Source of the DNA: Polymyxa betae A26-41
Lineage: Eukaryota; Protista; Endomyxa: Phytomyxea
Assembly (NCBI GenBank): GCA_003693705.1
Contig: RBZT01000729.1
Coordinates: forward strand, 1 to 64,000
Length of the DNA stretch: 64,000 nucleotides
Reading direction: 5' to 3'
The position numbers and the translations under genes were made by a program. Within the stretch, counting starts at the first letter, position 1, and each line of letters opens with the position of its first letter. Shown one piece after another: positions 62,900 through 64,000 of this stretch. Below the pieces are notes generated by a model that was not told where the DNA came from, did not search any database, and saw only the letters and a program-made list of their open reading frames with translations.

Positions 62900-64000
62900 T
62901 TATTTCGTTGGGAAGGCAAACGGTTCCGGTCGCAACAGTTGAGCAGAGGTCAGTCTAAGCTGATCAACAGCTAGCGTCTGCTGTTGTGATATGATCCGGC
63001 TATACTTGCACACCATCTGGTCATACGACTGCTCAAGCAGCGACAATTGCCACATGCACGTTGAGAAGGGTTTCAGCTGATCGGGATCGATGTCGCCATC
63101 CGCACGCAGCATCGAGTTCGAACCGCAAGTTTCGTTATCGAGAAGACGGGAGCATGATGGATACCTGCCTAGAATCTGGTACATTGTATGAAGACATGCC
63201 TTCGATAGGGTGCCAGGTAAATTCATTGCAAGATCGGCTATCTTGAGGGAAAAAGCGGCGACGCGTTCAGCAGAAACTTCTCGTCTTTTGATAAACATTA
63301 AATCAAGAGCAACCAGCAACGTCCCGATCAGCTCGTGGTTTTCGATCCAGGCAAGGTGGTCCATTTCATTGTACAGTCGGGCATAGAACCCGCGGGCATC
63401 AATAACGACAGCAGAGCCCTGCGCATGCAACATTCGGAAAGCGGCCACAATGCAATTCAGGATGGATCGAAGCGGCAGGTCCGGAACCGACATCAACTGA
63501 TCCAGCGACGCTAACAGATCGAGCAGCAGTTCAACGTTGACCAGATGGGCGAATTTCGCAAGCCCTTCTAAAACGGGAGGAAGCACGATCGATGACGGCG
63601 ACGATCGCAAGACCGTGAAATAAATTCGAAAGACTTTCTCCAGCAGAACCCGCTGTGTACGATTCACTTTGGCGGCCGATGGGGCAGCTTCGGCGACCTG
63701 CAAATCGCGCTTCAGATCGGCATCAATCTGGGCGCCCGTCTTCGATTTCTGAACTGGAAGAGACTTATTCAGAGGAAGAGCAGAGAGAAGGCGAACCAGA
63801 GAAGGTTGGATTTGATGTCGGTCATCGACAATAATCTTGCAAATCAGCGATACGACGTCGACAGCATGGTCAGCATTCGCTGGCTTGCTGACGAGCTCCG
63901 TTAAAGTCTGCGAAACCAGGGATCGAATCTCTTCGGAAAAAGGGTGATTCGCTAATGGCACAAGCGATTTGATGATGAGCTTGCAGTGATTGAAATGCGA
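62900..64000 (-). CDS. NOC3: Nucleolar complex protein 3 (CBF/Mak21 domain), C-terminal part
   Basis: VFRIYFTVLR, LPPVLEGLAKFAHLVNVELLLDLL, FYARLY, VSAERVAAF, DPD...WQLSLL. Confidence 0.88.
   Translation of the reverse strand, partial: SHFNHCKLIIKSLVPLANHPFSEEIRSLVSQTLTELVSKPANADHAVDVVSLICKIIVDDRHQIQPSLVRLLSALPLNKSLPVQKSKTGAQIDADLKRDLQVAEAAPSAAKVNRTQRVLLEKVFRIYFTVLRSSPSSIVLPPVLEGLAKFAHLVNVELLLDLLASLDQLMSVPDLPLRSILNCIVAAFRMLHAQGSAVVIDARGFYARLYNEMDHLAWIENHELIGTLLVALDLMFIKRREVSAERVAAFSLKIADLAMNLPGTLSKACLHTMYQILGRYPSCSRLLDNETCGSNSMLRADGDIDPDQLKPFSTCMWQLSLLEQSYDQMVCKYSRIISQQQTLAVDQLRLTSAQLLRPEPFAFPTK

Noticed and set aside
1-64000. Alternative genetic code, prokaryotic defence systems, CRISPR or transposases as explanations for fragmented ORFs
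   Set aside because: The ORF breaks I traced in conserved genes coincide with canonical GT-AG introns; I saw no repeat-spacer arrays or transposase/RT motifs.

Overview
Very gene-dense eukaryotic DNA with about 30 protein-coding genes. Most are broken by short (~40-55 nt) GT-AG introns, so most entries in the ORF track are exon fragments or shadow ORFs. Flagellar genes (BBS7, DRC10/IQCD, a hidden PIERCE/FAP182-like gene), GPCR-type signalling genes, a small Cys-rich secreted protein and TTTAGGG-like motifs suggest a compact-genome zoosporic protist, possibly a plasmodiophorid (inference only). Recognisable genes: a GRK-like kinase (5' part), BBS7, Rab escort protein, an EHD/dynamin-like GTPase, a 15.4-kb TRRAP/Tra1, a B-box protein, a FAM169-like GNAT, a LAMMER/CLK kinase, SDH4, DD3-3, TMEM42-like, PUS7, AMMECR1, a full-size ABCG, proteasome alpha-7, F-box/LRR, PAF-acetylhydrolase, NT5C3, NADP-IDH, a RasGEF-like protein, DRC10 and NOC3. 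The most unusual signals are: (i) double-length introns built of two normal-sized introns joined at AG|GT with no exon between them (candidate zero-nucleotide-exon/recursive splicing in tiny introns); (ii) telomere-like repeats concentrated in TRRAP introns and in promoter regions; (iii) a perfect 20-bp-arm palindrome; (iv) a spliced PIERCE-like gene invisible to the ORF track. I saw no rRNA, tRNA, CRISPR array or transposase. All family assignments are from remembered motifs, not database searches, and exon boundaries were inferred by eye.
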